64,000 bases of DNA from Deltaproteobacteria bacterium (GCA_033763315.1 JANRKS010000005.1:256001-320000); one strand, 5' to 3'. Positions 35,918-46,500 are shown, counted from the first letter of the stretch. The notes: generated by a model from the sequence alone, not told the origin. Made by a program: numbers and translations.

Positions 35918-36876
35918 TCTCACGAACCCCCGATGCCATGCTCGGTGCCCGATTGCGTGACGGTGCCGAAGGCGATCCGGCCCGGCCTGCGAACGGCGAC
36001 GTGGCGCAACTTTTGTTTTTGGCGTCACAAGAGCCGATGCCGCGCGAACCAAGTTGGTCAACCATCGAGCGGAACGTTCTGCCTCAGCCGCTGCATAGGC
36101 GCGGGCGCTGGGCGTGGCCCGCGATCGCGCTGACGTCGATTGTGATGGCGGCCTCCGCTACGGCCGGTCCGGCTCTGTGGCGTTGGCTGCGGCCCGACGT
36201 TCCCGAACTCACGCCTGTGCCAACCGTGCGACCCTACCGCGCGGCCGCTCCAACACCTGGTTTGCTGCGCCAAAGCAGCAACGAGGTTGGCGCTGTGATG
36301 GGGCGGCCGGCGCGCGCGGCGAAGCCTCGGCCACGTGCCGTCGCTATGGTGCAAGCACGCTCTGTGGTGCCGGCTGAACCCGCAGGCCCCTCATCGTTGG
36401 CGCAGGAGTCGCGCCTCTTGGGCGAAGCGATCACAGCGTTGCGCAAAGACAACAGTCCCACGCTGGCTTTGCAGCGCCTCGACGAATACGCACAGCGTTT
36501 TCCCGCCGGCGAGCTGGGGGCTGAAGCACGGCACACAAAAGTGCAAGCGCTCCTCATGCAAAAGCGCACGGCCCCGGCGCTGGCGTTGCTTGATGAGATG
36601 ACCTTCTCGTCGCGTGCGCGCGACATGGAAGCGCTGACTCTGCGTGGTGAGTTGCGTGCACAGGCGCATCGATGCGCCCAGGCCGAAGAAGACTTTGCAA
36701 CGGTTCTTTCGCGCACAGGCACGGGCGCGCTTGCCGAACGCGCTTTGTTTGGGCGCGCTACGTGTTTGCGCGAGCAAGGCCAAACCGCTGCCGCGCGCGC
36801 CACACTCGAAGAGTATCTGCAACGCTTTGCCGCAGGCGCCCACGTGGCGCAGGCCAAACGAGCTTTGGGTCGCTAA
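35914..36876 (+). CDS. Putative anti-sigma factor: single TM + Pro/Arg linker + TPR domain
   Basis: ATGA coupling to sigma; TM; LAQESRLL..LDEYAQRFPAG, ERALFGRA..C, YLQRFAAG. Confidence 0.78.
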   Translation: MISRTPDAMLGARLRDGAEGDPARPANGDVAQLLFLASQEPMPREPSWSTIERNVLPQPLHRRGRWAWPAIALTSIVMAASATAGPALWRWLRPDVPELTPVPTVRPYRAAAPTPGLLRQSSNEVGAVMGRPARAAKPRPRAVAMVQARSVVPAEPAGPSSLAQESRLLGEAITALRKDNSPTLALQRLDEYAQRFPAGELGAEARHTKVQALLMQKRTAPALALLDEMTFSSRARDMEALTLRGELRAQAHRCAQAEEDFATVLSRTGTGALAERALFGRATCLREQGQTAAARATLEEYLQRFAAGAHVAQAKRALGR

Positions 36877-36887
36877 GCTTGGCGTCC

Positions 36888-38237
36888 ATGAGATGGGCGC
36901 TCGTTGTGACGATGCTGGTGTGCGCAGCTTGCGATGCACGTCACGTGCTTGGACGCGCCACCCGCGAAGCCCCGTGTGGCAGCTTCGTGGCGGGCCCCGA
37001 TTTGGCCGTATGCTCCGCTGGATTCGTTGGCGCTGAGGCACCCGCTGTGGCCGTGGGCGCCGATGGTGCCCTGGTGCTGGCCATGCAAGATCTCGCCGGC
37101 GTGAGCGGCGGCACCTCCCACTTGATCGCCGTTGGCAAGGCTGGCTTTGTCCGTGTTTTGCCGCGCACGCGGCAAGTGTTGTCGCGCACGATCTTGGGCG
37201 ATGTGGTGTTCGATTTAGAAGTCTCAACGCAACAAGGGTTTATCGCTGTCTTGGGCGCGCCCTGGGGCGTGGCGCTGTTTGAGGCCGATGGTGCCAAGCC
37301 ACTATTCACAGCGCCGATTCAAGCTTCACGCATAAGCGTGGGTGATGACGGTACCGTGGCTGTATGGGACAACGCTTCGGCCGCGATCACGGTTTTTGAT
37401 CGCACCGGCAAAAGGCTTGGCAGCTTCAGCTCGCGCGCCGTGGCAGGTGAGGGCGACGTTGCGGTGGACAGCGCAAACCGCCTGGTGGTGGTGGCAGGCC
37501 AAAGCGACGGCCGTCCGGTGTGTGATGCAATTGATTATCAAGGCAACCCGCGATGGAAGAACTATGATTGGCCCGCGGGTCTCGCCGAAAGCGAGGAACT
37601 AAGGGCTGTTTCAAAAGGGGTCCGTATTCACGTCGGCCGCGACGGAGCGCTCTATTTGTTGGGTGAGAGCAACGGCGGCAACACCGTGTTTAGCCGCGAC
37701 CCACGCGTGTTCGCAGAGCCAGCCCCATCCGTGAGTTACGACGAGTTCAACACCCCCTACAACACCAGCAAAGCGATCACCTTCGTCGGGCGCTTCGCGC
37801 CTCGCACGGGTGAGCTCATGCTTGGCCAATTGTTGCTTGCACGCGCCGAAGGCCCAGCGCCACGCAAGGGCGTGGCCACTATGGCCAGTGATATCGCGGC
37901 AGATGAACAGGGCCAGGTTATGGTGGCCGTGGCGCACCCTTGTTGCGGGCCTGCTTTCAAAGAGCGCAAAGTGGCGGGACGCACGTTGATCGCGTCGTCG
38001 TCAGATTTCGCGGTCGTGATCTTGGGTCAAGACTTTCGCATCCGTGCCTTGTGGACGACCTTCGGCACGGGCGGCGCCTCCGTGGCTGCGGGCGTGGCCT
38101 TCGGCGCCGGCGTGGCTGCAGTGACAGGTCTGCAAGGCGCGGTCGAAAGCGGGATGGGGCCTTTGGTGACCCAGCAACCGCTGTTTCCGTCAATCGCAGC
38201 CAACGGCGGTTATGTCGCGTTTTGGCCGGCGCCTTAA
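36888..38237 (+). CDS. Beta-propeller-like lipoprotein
   Basis: Lipobox CAAC; repeated blade-like motifs VAVGADG, ISVGDDG, VAVDSAN, VGRDG, IAADEQG. Confidence 0.7.
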   Translation: MRWALVVTMLVCAACDARHVLGRATREAPCGSFVAGPDLAVCSAGFVGAEAPAVAVGADGALVLAMQDLAGVSGGTSHLIAVGKAGFVRVLPRTRQVLSRTILGDVVFDLEVSTQQGFIAVLGAPWGVALFEADGAKPLFTAPIQASRISVGDDGTVAVWDNASAAITVFDRTGKRLGSFSSRAVAGEGDVAVDSANRLVVVAGQSDGRPVCDAIDYQGNPRWKNYDWPAGLAESEELRAVSKGVRIHVGRDGALYLLGESNGGNTVFSRDPRVFAEPAPSVSYDEFNTPYNTSKAITFVGRFAPRTGELMLGQLLLARAEGPAPRKGVATMASDIAADEQGQVMVAVAHPCCGPAFKERKVAGRTLIASSSDFAVVILGQDFRIRALWTTFGTGGASVAAGVAFGAGVAAVTGLQGAVESGMGPLVTQQPLFPSIAANGGYVAFWPAP

Positions 38238-38238
38238 G

Positions 38239-38586
38239 CTAAGAGTCGCTTTTCTTCTCGCCGTAAGGGCCGGTATCCACGCGGATGAGGCGGCCATTCT
38301 CGAAGACCACATATCTGATCAATCGGTTGGTGCCAAAGTCATACGTCCACCGTTCGTACTTGACCTCAACGGTGCGTTCGACCCAGAGGTTCCCCTCCTT
38401 CACCCTGACGGAGCTGTATTCCACCCAGGTGGTCGCGTCGTCGGGTTGACCGCAACGCGCTTGAACGAGATACGTCGAATCGCCAGTAGACACCAAGCGC
38501 GTTCCGCAGCGCAGGCCGTCCGCGCGAGCCGCACTCAATCCGCTCAGCATCACACATAGGGCGCCTACGCAAACCAATGTCTTCAT
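38239..38586 (-). CDS. DUF2845 domain secreted protein
   Basis: Signal peptide; LRCGTRLVSTGD..RCGQP..ERWTYDFG..FENGRL. Confidence 0.88.
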   Translation of the reverse strand: MKTLVCVGALCVMLSGLSAARADGLRCGTRLVSTGDSTYLVQARCGQPDDATTWVEYSSVRVKEGNLWVERTVEVKYERWTYDFGTNRLIRYVVFENGRLIRVDTGPYGEKKSDS

Positions 38587-38757
38587 GGCGTTTGGTTCCT
38601 TGATGTGATGTTACGCAACAAGGTTGCGCCGGGGCGAGGGCATTTTCGCCCGCCCCCCTGCGACAACCTTGGCGCAAGCCTGGGCGGATCTGGCGCAACC
38701 GGCTGCGGCCCCCTGCGCGCAACGTTCGAAAAAACCAGGGCTACTTGCAGATTGGGT

Positions 38758-38773
38758 TGGCCTGCCTCTTGCT
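38758..38773 (+). promoter_or_regulatory. Sigma54 -24/-12 promoter
   Basis: TGGCCT-GCCTC-TTGCT; TGGCGCAA direct repeats upstream at 38670 and 38691. Confidence 0.5.
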
Positions 38774-38786
38774 GTGGTGACGGCTC

Positions 38787-40430
38787 ATGCCGTTGACCAG
38801 AAGTGCAGTTCTATTCTTGGTGATGGGCTTTGCGCCCTCCGCGTTCGCCGCAAAAATCAGCGTGGACTGGAACAAGCCCACGGGCGCTGAATCCACGTCG
38901 GCGCAATATGGCCTCAATTTGTTTAAGGTCTATAACCCAAGCGTCTCGCAACAGAACCCAGCGTACAAACGCGAGCTCGCACGCATGGCGCCCGGCATGC
39001 TTCGCATCCACTCGTGGAACATGATGGGCGATTCGGCCAGCGGCGATGGCTGGATCCGCGATGGCGTCAAAGCCTCCTACGCTTGGGACGAAACGAAGAT
39101 CGTCGCGGCGCTCAAAGACGTCACGCCAGTGGGCTCGCTTGCCATGATGAACATCCCTGCGTGGCCAAGTTTCTTGGGTTCGTCAGATAAACCTTTGGAC
39201 CCGAGCAAGCTCGATGCGTTCGCCGACTTCTGTGCGCAGCTGGTGCAGATCGTAAACGTGAAAGCCAAATACGGCATCAAGTATTGGGAAGTCACCAATG
39301 AACGTGATGGCGTCTACAGCGGCAAAGGCGCCGACTTGGCGGCGGTGGTGTTGGCTGCGGCGAAGGCGATGCGCAAAGTTGATCCCACGATCAAAGTGGG
39401 CGGGCCGGCGTTCACGCAACCATGGCACCAAACGGTTGGCGACTTTTTAACGGCCTCGGTCGCGCAGTTGGATTTTATCTCCTATCACACGTATTCCACG
39501 GGCGATGGCAAGGCGCCTTTGCAGGGCTTGTTTGACAGTGCCGCAGGCTTGGGCGGCATCGCCAAATACATGCGTGGCGAAATCGCCAAGCGAACCACAC
39601 GCAAGCTTGAAGTCTTTCACAACGAATACAACATTTCGTGGGCGCCTCCCGACGCGCGCATGAACGGCGTCGAAGGCGCGGTGTTTGACGCCTTGGCATT
39701 GATGAGTTTCGCGGGCTCGGAAGTTGCGGGCAGCGCCGCGTGGAATGAAGCGGATGGTTGGTACGGTAAGTTGGACGGCGAGCTGAATCCGCGCCCCGCC
39801 TCATACGTCTTCGAGCTATTCAATCGTCTCGCCGTAGGTAAGGTCGTGAAGGCGAGCAGCGACGATGACAAAACGGTAAGTGCCATGGCTGTAAGCAGGG
39901 GCGATGCAAAGGCCTTGTTCCTCGTCAATCGAACAACGGCGGCCGTGATGGCGGATGTCACCGGTTTCGATGATCGTCAAACAAGCGCCATGCAGGTGAC
40001 GAAGGATGGCCGCGCAGCGGTGACCGTGGCGCGCACGGGCGCCGTGAACTTGCCCCCGCTGTCGCTGACGGTGTTAACCGCTGGGCAAGCCTCGTCGGGA
40101 GCGGGCGGGCAGGGCGGCATGGCACAAGCGCAAGGTGGTGCGGGCGGGGCCGTTGTCACAGGCACGGCGGGGGCGGGCGGGGCCGCATCTGCGTCCCAGG
40201 GGGGAGACGTGGGCAATGCTCGCGGAGGCAGCAGTGGCGGGGCGGCGGGGGCGTTCGCCGCTGGTGCAGATGCGGGCGGCGCAGGCGGGGCCGACGAGGG
40301 CGAGGCTGCGGACACCGAAGGTTCCGCATCTGGTTGTCTGTTTGCGTCACACGTGCCGCCGCAGGGGGGCTTGGCGTGGCTCACGCTTGTTGCTCTTTTG
40401 CTCTGGCGTGGCACACGCCGCCTGCAGTGA
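38787..40430 (+). CDS. GH39-like glycoside hydrolase with Gly linker and MYXO-CTERM
   Basis: Signal peptide; YWEVTNE acid/base, KVDPTIKVGGPA, DFISYHTY, HNEYN nucleophile; C-terminal SGC..hydrophobic..RR. Confidence 0.85.
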   Translation: MPLTRSAVLFLVMGFAPSAFAAKISVDWNKPTGAESTSAQYGLNLFKVYNPSVSQQNPAYKRELARMAPGMLRIHSWNMMGDSASGDGWIRDGVKASYAWDETKIVAALKDVTPVGSLAMMNIPAWPSFLGSSDKPLDPSKLDAFADFCAQLVQIVNVKAKYGIKYWEVTNERDGVYSGKGADLAAVVLAAAKAMRKVDPTIKVGGPAFTQPWHQTVGDFLTASVAQLDFISYHTYSTGDGKAPLQGLFDSAAGLGGIAKYMRGEIAKRTTRKLEVFHNEYNISWAPPDARMNGVEGAVFDALALMSFAGSEVAGSAAWNEADGWYGKLDGELNPRPASYVFELFNRLAVGKVVKASSDDDKTVSAMAVSRGDAKALFLVNRTTAAVMADVTGFDDRQTSAMQVTKDGRAAVTVARTGAVNLPPLSLTVLTAGQASSGAGGQGGMAQAQGGAGGAVVTGTAGAGGAASASQGGDVGNARGGSSGGAAGAFAAGADAGGAGGADEGEAADTEGSASGCLFASHVPPQGGLAWLTLVALLLWRGTRRLQ

Positions 40431-40513
40431 ATTCGTGGGTCATATCGAGCGTCGCGACAGCCGTAGGCTAGGCCCGGCTTGAACAAAACTTGGCGCCATG
40501 TTTATCCTCTCGT

Positions 40514-41131
40514 ATGCCTCGCTTGCGTTCATGCCTTTGTCTAACTTTGATCGGTGTTTCCGTCTTTCAGTGTCTGCCTGTCTTGGCGGCGGATGAACCA
40601 GAAGCAACTTCGGCGGAGGCGCCGCCGCCTCCCCCTCCGGCCGCCGACCCCGCGCCCCCATCTGGGGGCTGGAAGTGGAAGGGAGCCACCCGTGAGTCAA
40701 CGCGCTTATCCCTGCTTGAACGCAGCAAAAGCTTGCGTGAGCAAATTGAAGACCTTCGGCAAGAGCGCGCTCAATACGGGATCGCCGGCCCCATTGTTCT
40801 ATTGGGCATTGGTGGTGGCCTGATGTTGACGGGCCTCGTCTTCTATTCGGCGGCCACTGATTGCCAGGACGCTTATAACTCAAGCTACGATTCAGGATGT
40901 TCGGGTGCTGACGACGTGAAAACGTTCGGGGCCGTGTTGGGCATCAGTGGCGTGGTGCTCGGGACCATCGGTCTCATGAAGATCAGCGAACGCTCGGGCC
41001 CCCGTCGCGAATTGGGTGAGCAGATCAAGTCGAAGCGTGCGGAACTGCGATCCGTGGAAGAGAGCCTGCGCTTCTCGGTGATCACGGGCCCGCACAACAC
41101 GCGCGGTTTATCGTTGGCGTTGCGCTTCTGA
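40514..41131 (+). CDS. Hypothetical exported/membrane protein
   Basis: Signal peptide, Pro linker, coiled coil, two Gly-rich hydrophobic helices, ends GLSLALRF. Confidence 0.7.
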   Translation: MPRLRSCLCLTLIGVSVFQCLPVLAADEPEATSAEAPPPPPPAADPAPPSGGWKWKGATRESTRLSLLERSKSLREQIEDLRQERAQYGIAGPIVLLGIGGGLMLTGLVFYSAATDCQDAYNSSYDSGCSGADDVKTFGAVLGISGVVLGTIGLMKISERSGPRRELGEQIKSKRAELRSVEESLRFSVITGPHNTRGLSLALRF

Positions 41132-41145
41132 TCCGGCGCGGCCGC

Positions 41146-43581
41146 CTAACGACAAACGCCATTGCTGCACGTTTGGCCGCCGCCACAAGTGGTGCCGCAC
41201 GCGCCGCAGTGCTTGGCGTCGGTGCTCAAGTTGATGCACGTGCCGCCACAGTCTGCCGTGCCGGGCGGGCATGACGAGCAACACCGAAAGCCCGTGTCAA
41301 CGAAGGCAAAGTCTTCACCCACCACGGTGGCTGTGAAGTCACATTGCAAAGCGCGCGGGATGCTAAGGTATGAGCCCCCGCGCAGCGTGTGCGTCTTGCG
41401 GCCGTCCGCGAGAACCCCGCGGCAGTCCTCCGTCCATTCTGCGACGTTGCCGCTCATGTCGAAGGCTTGTTGCGCGCCCGCCGCCGCATCCAGATCGGGC
41501 GAGACGCATTGAGAAAACGAACCCGTGACCGCCACTTCGCCGGTTGCCACATCGGCTCCATGACACGCGGCCGCATCATACGTGCATGCGTAAGGGTAAG
41601 GTTGCGCGGTGTTGTTGGGGCAGATGAGGCCGGTGGCACAAGCCCAGCCCCATTCATCGTTCGTGGCAACGCTTGATGAACAAGACGTGGCGCGCGTCGT
41701 TTGGCACAGACGCATGCCCGCGCCTTCACAGGCACGCTGCGCTTGCAGGTGATTCACCGACGTCCACGGGCGTTTGCCCGCCGAAGCGCACGCCCGCGTT
41801 TCCCTGCTGCCCGTGTCTGTGGCCGTGGCATCGCTACGAGCCGCCTCGTATTTGTAGATGTAGTAATCGTACCCGCCGGTGGTCACATGCACCGCCTCAT
41901 CGCGGGCGCCTTCGCAGGGCACGCCACCGCACGTGGGCAAGGCGCCGCCTGCGGGGTTGTCCCATGATTCATCGGTGAGGCCGTCGCAGTCGTTGTCTTT
42001 GGCGTCGCACGTTTCATGGGCCGCCACATGGTTCGGCGCCGCGCTTACGTCACACGCGGGAGAAAGGGTGCGATCGGCCTGGCAGCGCAACACGCCTGTC
42101 TTTTGACATTCGCCTAAACCATCGTCTTTGCAAGCGGAGCCGACGCGCGGTTGCGTGTGTTCGTCCACCTCGCCGTCACAGTCGTTGTCGAGCCCATCGC
42201 ACCACGACTCTTGCCCCAGCACTTGGTTGGGGGCAAACAACTGCACGCTCGCAGGATAATTGCAGTACCAGTCGGGCGTGGCCGCTCCTGGCGCGGTGGT
42301 GCACACAGGAAAGCTGCCGGCGTTGGGATAACGAGACGAGCCCCCTGCACCTTGGCCGCATTCACCGATCTGCAAGCAGAAGTTGTTGGGAGGAAACTTT
42401 AAGTCATTGTCCGCTTCGTCGGTTTTGCCATCACAGTCGTTGTCTTTGCCATCGCACACTTCGGGGCCATCCGGCGTGCACGCATATTCACAACCGTTGA
42501 CCGCCGCGCGATCCAAATCCACGAAGCCAGCCTTGCAGAACGCCACCGTGCATTGGCTTTGCGAACAGCCGTTGATGGCGTTGGGCAACGCGCACGTGAT
42601 GCCGCAACCGCCACACCAGCGCGGATCGTTTGCAAGATCGAAATCTTCATCCGTCTTGCCGTCGCAGTCGTTGTCTTTGCCGTCGCACACGTCGGCCTCG
42701 GGCAACTTCGCGTTCTGGCAAACCAGGCCGCCAGGCAAGCAAGCCCATGTGCCAAGCGCGCAGCCGCCCCCGCACGCGCCCGTTTGTGGGTTGCAGCCCA
42801 CAACGCCGTCGGGGAAACACGCTTTGCCCGCCAACGGATCGCTTTCATCGGTTTGCCCATCGCAGTTGTTGTCTTTGCCGTCGCATACTTCCACCCCAGT
42901 GCCGCCTGGCACACAGCCATATTCACAGCCGTTTTGTGGCGCCTTATCTAGATCGATGAATCCTGCTTTGCACGCCTGCATCTGGCATGTGGCCGCGGCG
43001 CACGTGGCGCCGGCATTTGCAAAACTGCACACCTGGCCGCAACCGCCGCAGTTTTGCGCGTCCACTTCAAAATCGAAACCTTCGTCCGTCAGGCCGTCGC
43101 AGTTGTTGTCTTTGCCGTCGCACAGCTCTTGGCCTGCGTTGGTGATCTGGCATTCGCATCCGTTGACGTCCAAGCGATCTAGATCCACGAAACCGGGCGC
43201 GCACTTGTTGAGCTTGCAGCGGGCCGCAGAGCACAACGTTTCACTGCTGGGGAAACCACAAACGTTGCCGCAGCGGCCACAGTTAAGTGGATCGGTGTTG
43301 AATTCAAAGTCTTCGTCGATCAAGCCGTCGCAGTCGTCGTCTTGCCCATTGCATTCTTCTTTGCTGGGCACACACCCGGCCGGCACATCTACGGTTCCCA
43401 CCTCAGTTGGCAAGGTGTCGCGCGCGGACACATCCGGCCCGGCTTCGCGTGTGCTGCCGTCGGGGCGCCCTTGTGGCAGAGGCTCGGCACCGTCGGGCAG
43501 CTCGGGATAGAAGGAATAGCTGCGCATCTCACAGCCAGCCAGCGCCAATAGCAAACAAGGCAGCCACAAGACGCGGTTCAT
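41146..43581 (-). CDS. MopE-like Cys-rich repeat lipoprotein with C-terminal FGE-sulfatase (C-type lectin fold) domain
   Basis: Lipobox LAGC; 7 CDGxDNDCDG repeats; 4 D..NCGxCG..C motifs; DMSGNVAEW, LRGGSY, GFRCC; ATGA coupling. Confidence 0.85.
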   Translation of the reverse strand: MNRVLWLPCLLLALAGCEMRSYSFYPELPDGAEPLPQGRPDGSTREAGPDVSARDTLPTEVGTVDVPAGCVPSKEECNGQDDDCDGLIDEDFEFNTDPLNCGRCGNVCGFPSSETLCSAARCKLNKCAPGFVDLDRLDVNGCECQITNAGQELCDGKDNNCDGLTDEGFDFEVDAQNCGGCGQVCSFANAGATCAAATCQMQACKAGFIDLDKAPQNGCEYGCVPGGTGVEVCDGKDNNCDGQTDESDPLAGKACFPDGVVGCNPQTGACGGGCALGTWACLPGGLVCQNAKLPEADVCDGKDNDCDGKTDEDFDLANDPRWCGGCGITCALPNAINGCSQSQCTVAFCKAGFVDLDRAAVNGCEYACTPDGPEVCDGKDNDCDGKTDEADNDLKFPPNNFCLQIGECGQGAGGSSRYPNAGSFPVCTTAPGAATPDWYCNYPASVQLFAPNQVLGQESWCDGLDNDCDGEVDEHTQPRVGSACKDDGLGECQKTGVLRCQADRTLSPACDVSAAPNHVAAHETCDAKDNDCDGLTDESWDNPAGGALPTCGGVPCEGARDEAVHVTTGGYDYYIYKYEAARSDATATDTGSRETRACASAGKRPWTSVNHLQAQRACEGAGMRLCQTTRATSCSSSVATNDEWGWACATGLICPNNTAQPYPYACTYDAAACHGADVATGEVAVTGSFSQCVSPDLDAAAGAQQAFDMSGNVAEWTEDCRGVLADGRKTHTLRGGSYLSIPRALQCDFTATVVGEDFAFVDTGFRCCSSCPPGTADCGGTCINLSTDAKHCGACGTTCGGGQTCSNGVCR

Positions 43582-46500
43582 TGCGCACCTCCTTTGGCTT
43601 GGAGGGCTCGCCGTCTGCGTAAGCGCGCCACTGCCAGCAGCGTGATGCCGCTCGGCAACCACAATCCCTGTGGTGGCTGCGCTTGGCTTGCCAATGAACA
43701 CGTGCACCCGCCACCGCCCGCGGCGGACACACGGCCGTAAGGCTTGATGCCGGGCAGCGACTCGGGCGCCAGACACTCGGCCACGCCATCGTCGTGCACA
43801 AAGCACACGTCTTTGCCTTTGCACACTGTGGCTAAACACGGGTCGGGAACGCACGCGGCCTTGCTGGGCACGCATGTGAGGCCACGCAGACACCGAATCA
43901 GGACGCATGGGTTGGGTTCACAGCCCCCCGTCGCCGGTTGGCAAAAGCCCGTGGGTGCACACGTCACGCCGGAACACTTATCGGCCACACATTGACCGAG
44001 GCGGCAGCTTTGTGCGTTGCCGCAAGACACGCCCGTGCACGAAGGCACGCACGCGCCTCCGCTGCAATAAGTGTTGCTGTTGCACGTGACGCTCAAGCAC
44101 GGATCAGGTTCGCACGTGTTGCCGCGGCAAAGTTGACCTGCGGGGCAACCATCCACCTGGCAGCTCACGCACGAGCCGTTGTCACATCGGAACCCTTCAT
44201 CGCATTTGACCCCCTCACAGCGGTCCACGCAGCCGCGTTTGAAGTCACAGCGGAAGCCCGGGTCGCACGGCGTGCGCACGCATTCGGTTTGCACGCACAA
44301 ACCGTCTTGGCACACGCGATCTGAGGCGCATTCGAATTCGCCGCCACGGCAGCGTGGGGCACATTCTCCAAATGCGCAGCCAAATCCGTCAGGGCATGGT
44401 GCTGCGTTGTCAATCACGCCGTCACAATCTTGATCTTTGCCGTCGCATATTTCGGCCACGGGACCCACGCCGCCTTTACACATCCATGCGGCGCCACCCA
44501 TGCCGTCGCTCACGCACATGTTGGCGCCGGGGCGACATTCGCCTTTGACACCTGCGCTGGCCGATAAGCCCGGCGGGGGGCACATGCCAGGTGGGTTGAT
44601 GCTTTCGTCGGTCTGCCCGTCGCAATCATCGTCAAGCGCGTTGCAGCGCTCGAAGCTCGGCATCACGCTGTCATCGCAGCGAATGCCGCCACCCAAGCAC
44701 TTAAGCATTCCCTTCCGGCACACCCCTTCGGCGACGCCACACCCGGTGGGCACAACCAACTCCGCATCCATCGGCTCGTCATCCGTTTGGCCATCACAGT
44801 CGTTGTCCTTGCCGTCGCAATATTCGGGCCTCGGACCGTTCGCTTGTTCGCACACAGGCACAGCGCCTTCGCAGCGCCACGCGCCCGCTTTGCACTCGCC
44901 CTTGGTGGGGCCACACGCGCCCTTCAAATTATCTGTGACGCCGTCGCAGTCATCGTCTTGCCCGTTGCACACTTCGTCCTTGGCAGGCACGCTGCCTTCG
45001 CACGACAACGCGTTTTGCACGCATCTAAGCACGCCTGCACGGCACGAGCCGACGCCGGCTTTTTCGGTGCCACACGCTTGCCCTAAGCCAAAGCCTTCGT
45101 CTGTCTGGCCATCGCAATCGTTGTCCAATCCATCGCAAGCGACTTCGGTTTGCGCAGTCACGGCGTTTACGCAAGCACCACAGCTGCCAGCCTCACACGT
45201 CAATACGCCCGTTTGGCAGATCCCCAGGCACGTCCAGGCGGTTGCGGGGGCGGCTTGGCAGGCGAGCGGCGTCTCGTTGCGTGTGCAACCCGCCGCGGCC
45301 GGAAAGCAAGACAAACCAAAGCCGTCGGTGATGCCATCGCAATCGTTGTCTTTGCCGTCACACAATTCAGGTGACGACGCTGTGCCGCCCACACACACGG
45401 CCTTTTTGCCGCCGTTGCCATCGTCCGCGCATTGCAGCTGCCCGGGTTTACATTCACCGATTGAAAGCCCACACGATGTGGGTGGAATGTCGTCGATGGT
45501 GCCGTTGCAGTCGTCATCCAAGCCATTGCACACTTCAGGTTTCGCGGTGCACGAACACGATAGGTTCTCATCCACCAAACCGTCGCAGTCATCGTCGGCG
45601 CAATCTTCCGCTGTGGGCGCCAAGCATCCAGGGCTCGATCCACATCGCTCTTCCACCGCGCCGCCCATTTGCACCACGGTGGCGGGGCACACGCCTGCAG
45701 GCGTCGACGAACACGCCACGCCTGAGCCATCGGCTTTACACGCCAACACGCCTTGACGTTTGCATCGGCCCACGCCCACGCTGCACACCTGGCCTTTGCT
45801 GGGGAACGTTTCATCGATCTCGCCGTCACACGTGTTGTCTTTGCAATCGCACTTCTCGTTGGGGATCGACGCCGCGATGATGTCGCCCAAACGCGCCGTC
45901 AGTTCAGCGCGGTTGTTCGCCAACAAGGCGGAACCCGTGCCACCAGAGGCCGCGATGGCGTTGAGTGATGGGTCGTTGACGGTGAATCCAACCACGTACG
46001 TTCGCACTTTGATGCGACGGGTGTTGGCCGGCGAGCCGCTGCGTTCGCAGCGCGCATCGACAGGATCCCACAGGCCACCGTTGGTACATGCAAAATACAG
46101 GTTCTCCGCCGCCGCGGCGCCGTTGACCCCGCAGTTGTTGGTGCAGCTGGCCGTTTCGATGCCGTCCGTGATCAGGATGACGTTATAGGACCGACAATCC
46201 ACTTGGGCGTCGCGGTTAAGGACACCGGGGGTTGGCCCAGCGGGGCTGGCGTCGTTGATCAACCAATCGCGAACGGCGTTGAGCGAGCCACCGATGGGCG
46301 TGATGCCCACCGCGCGCAATTCTTTGTTGCCGCCGCCGGGAAACGTCTCATCGCCATCGATCCAAGAAAGCAGTTGGCTTTGGTTGCCGGTGTTGCCGTT
46401 GGGAAAGCTTACCAACACGTCGCCTGCCATACCAAAGCCGTTCGCCTTCGGATCGCTGCCCACGCAACACAGGTTGCCGTTGTAGAACACAGCTGTGGGA

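Noticed and set aside
41146-41900. FGE/CLec C-terminal domain as a diversity-generating retroelement target
   Set aside because: No reverse transcriptase is present, and I saw no template-repeat copy of this 3' region in the window.
42383-45756. Long plus-strand ORFs (375 aa, 439 aa) opposite the Cys-rich genes
   Set aside because: They are antisense shadows of repetitive high-GC coding sequence with no recognisable motifs.
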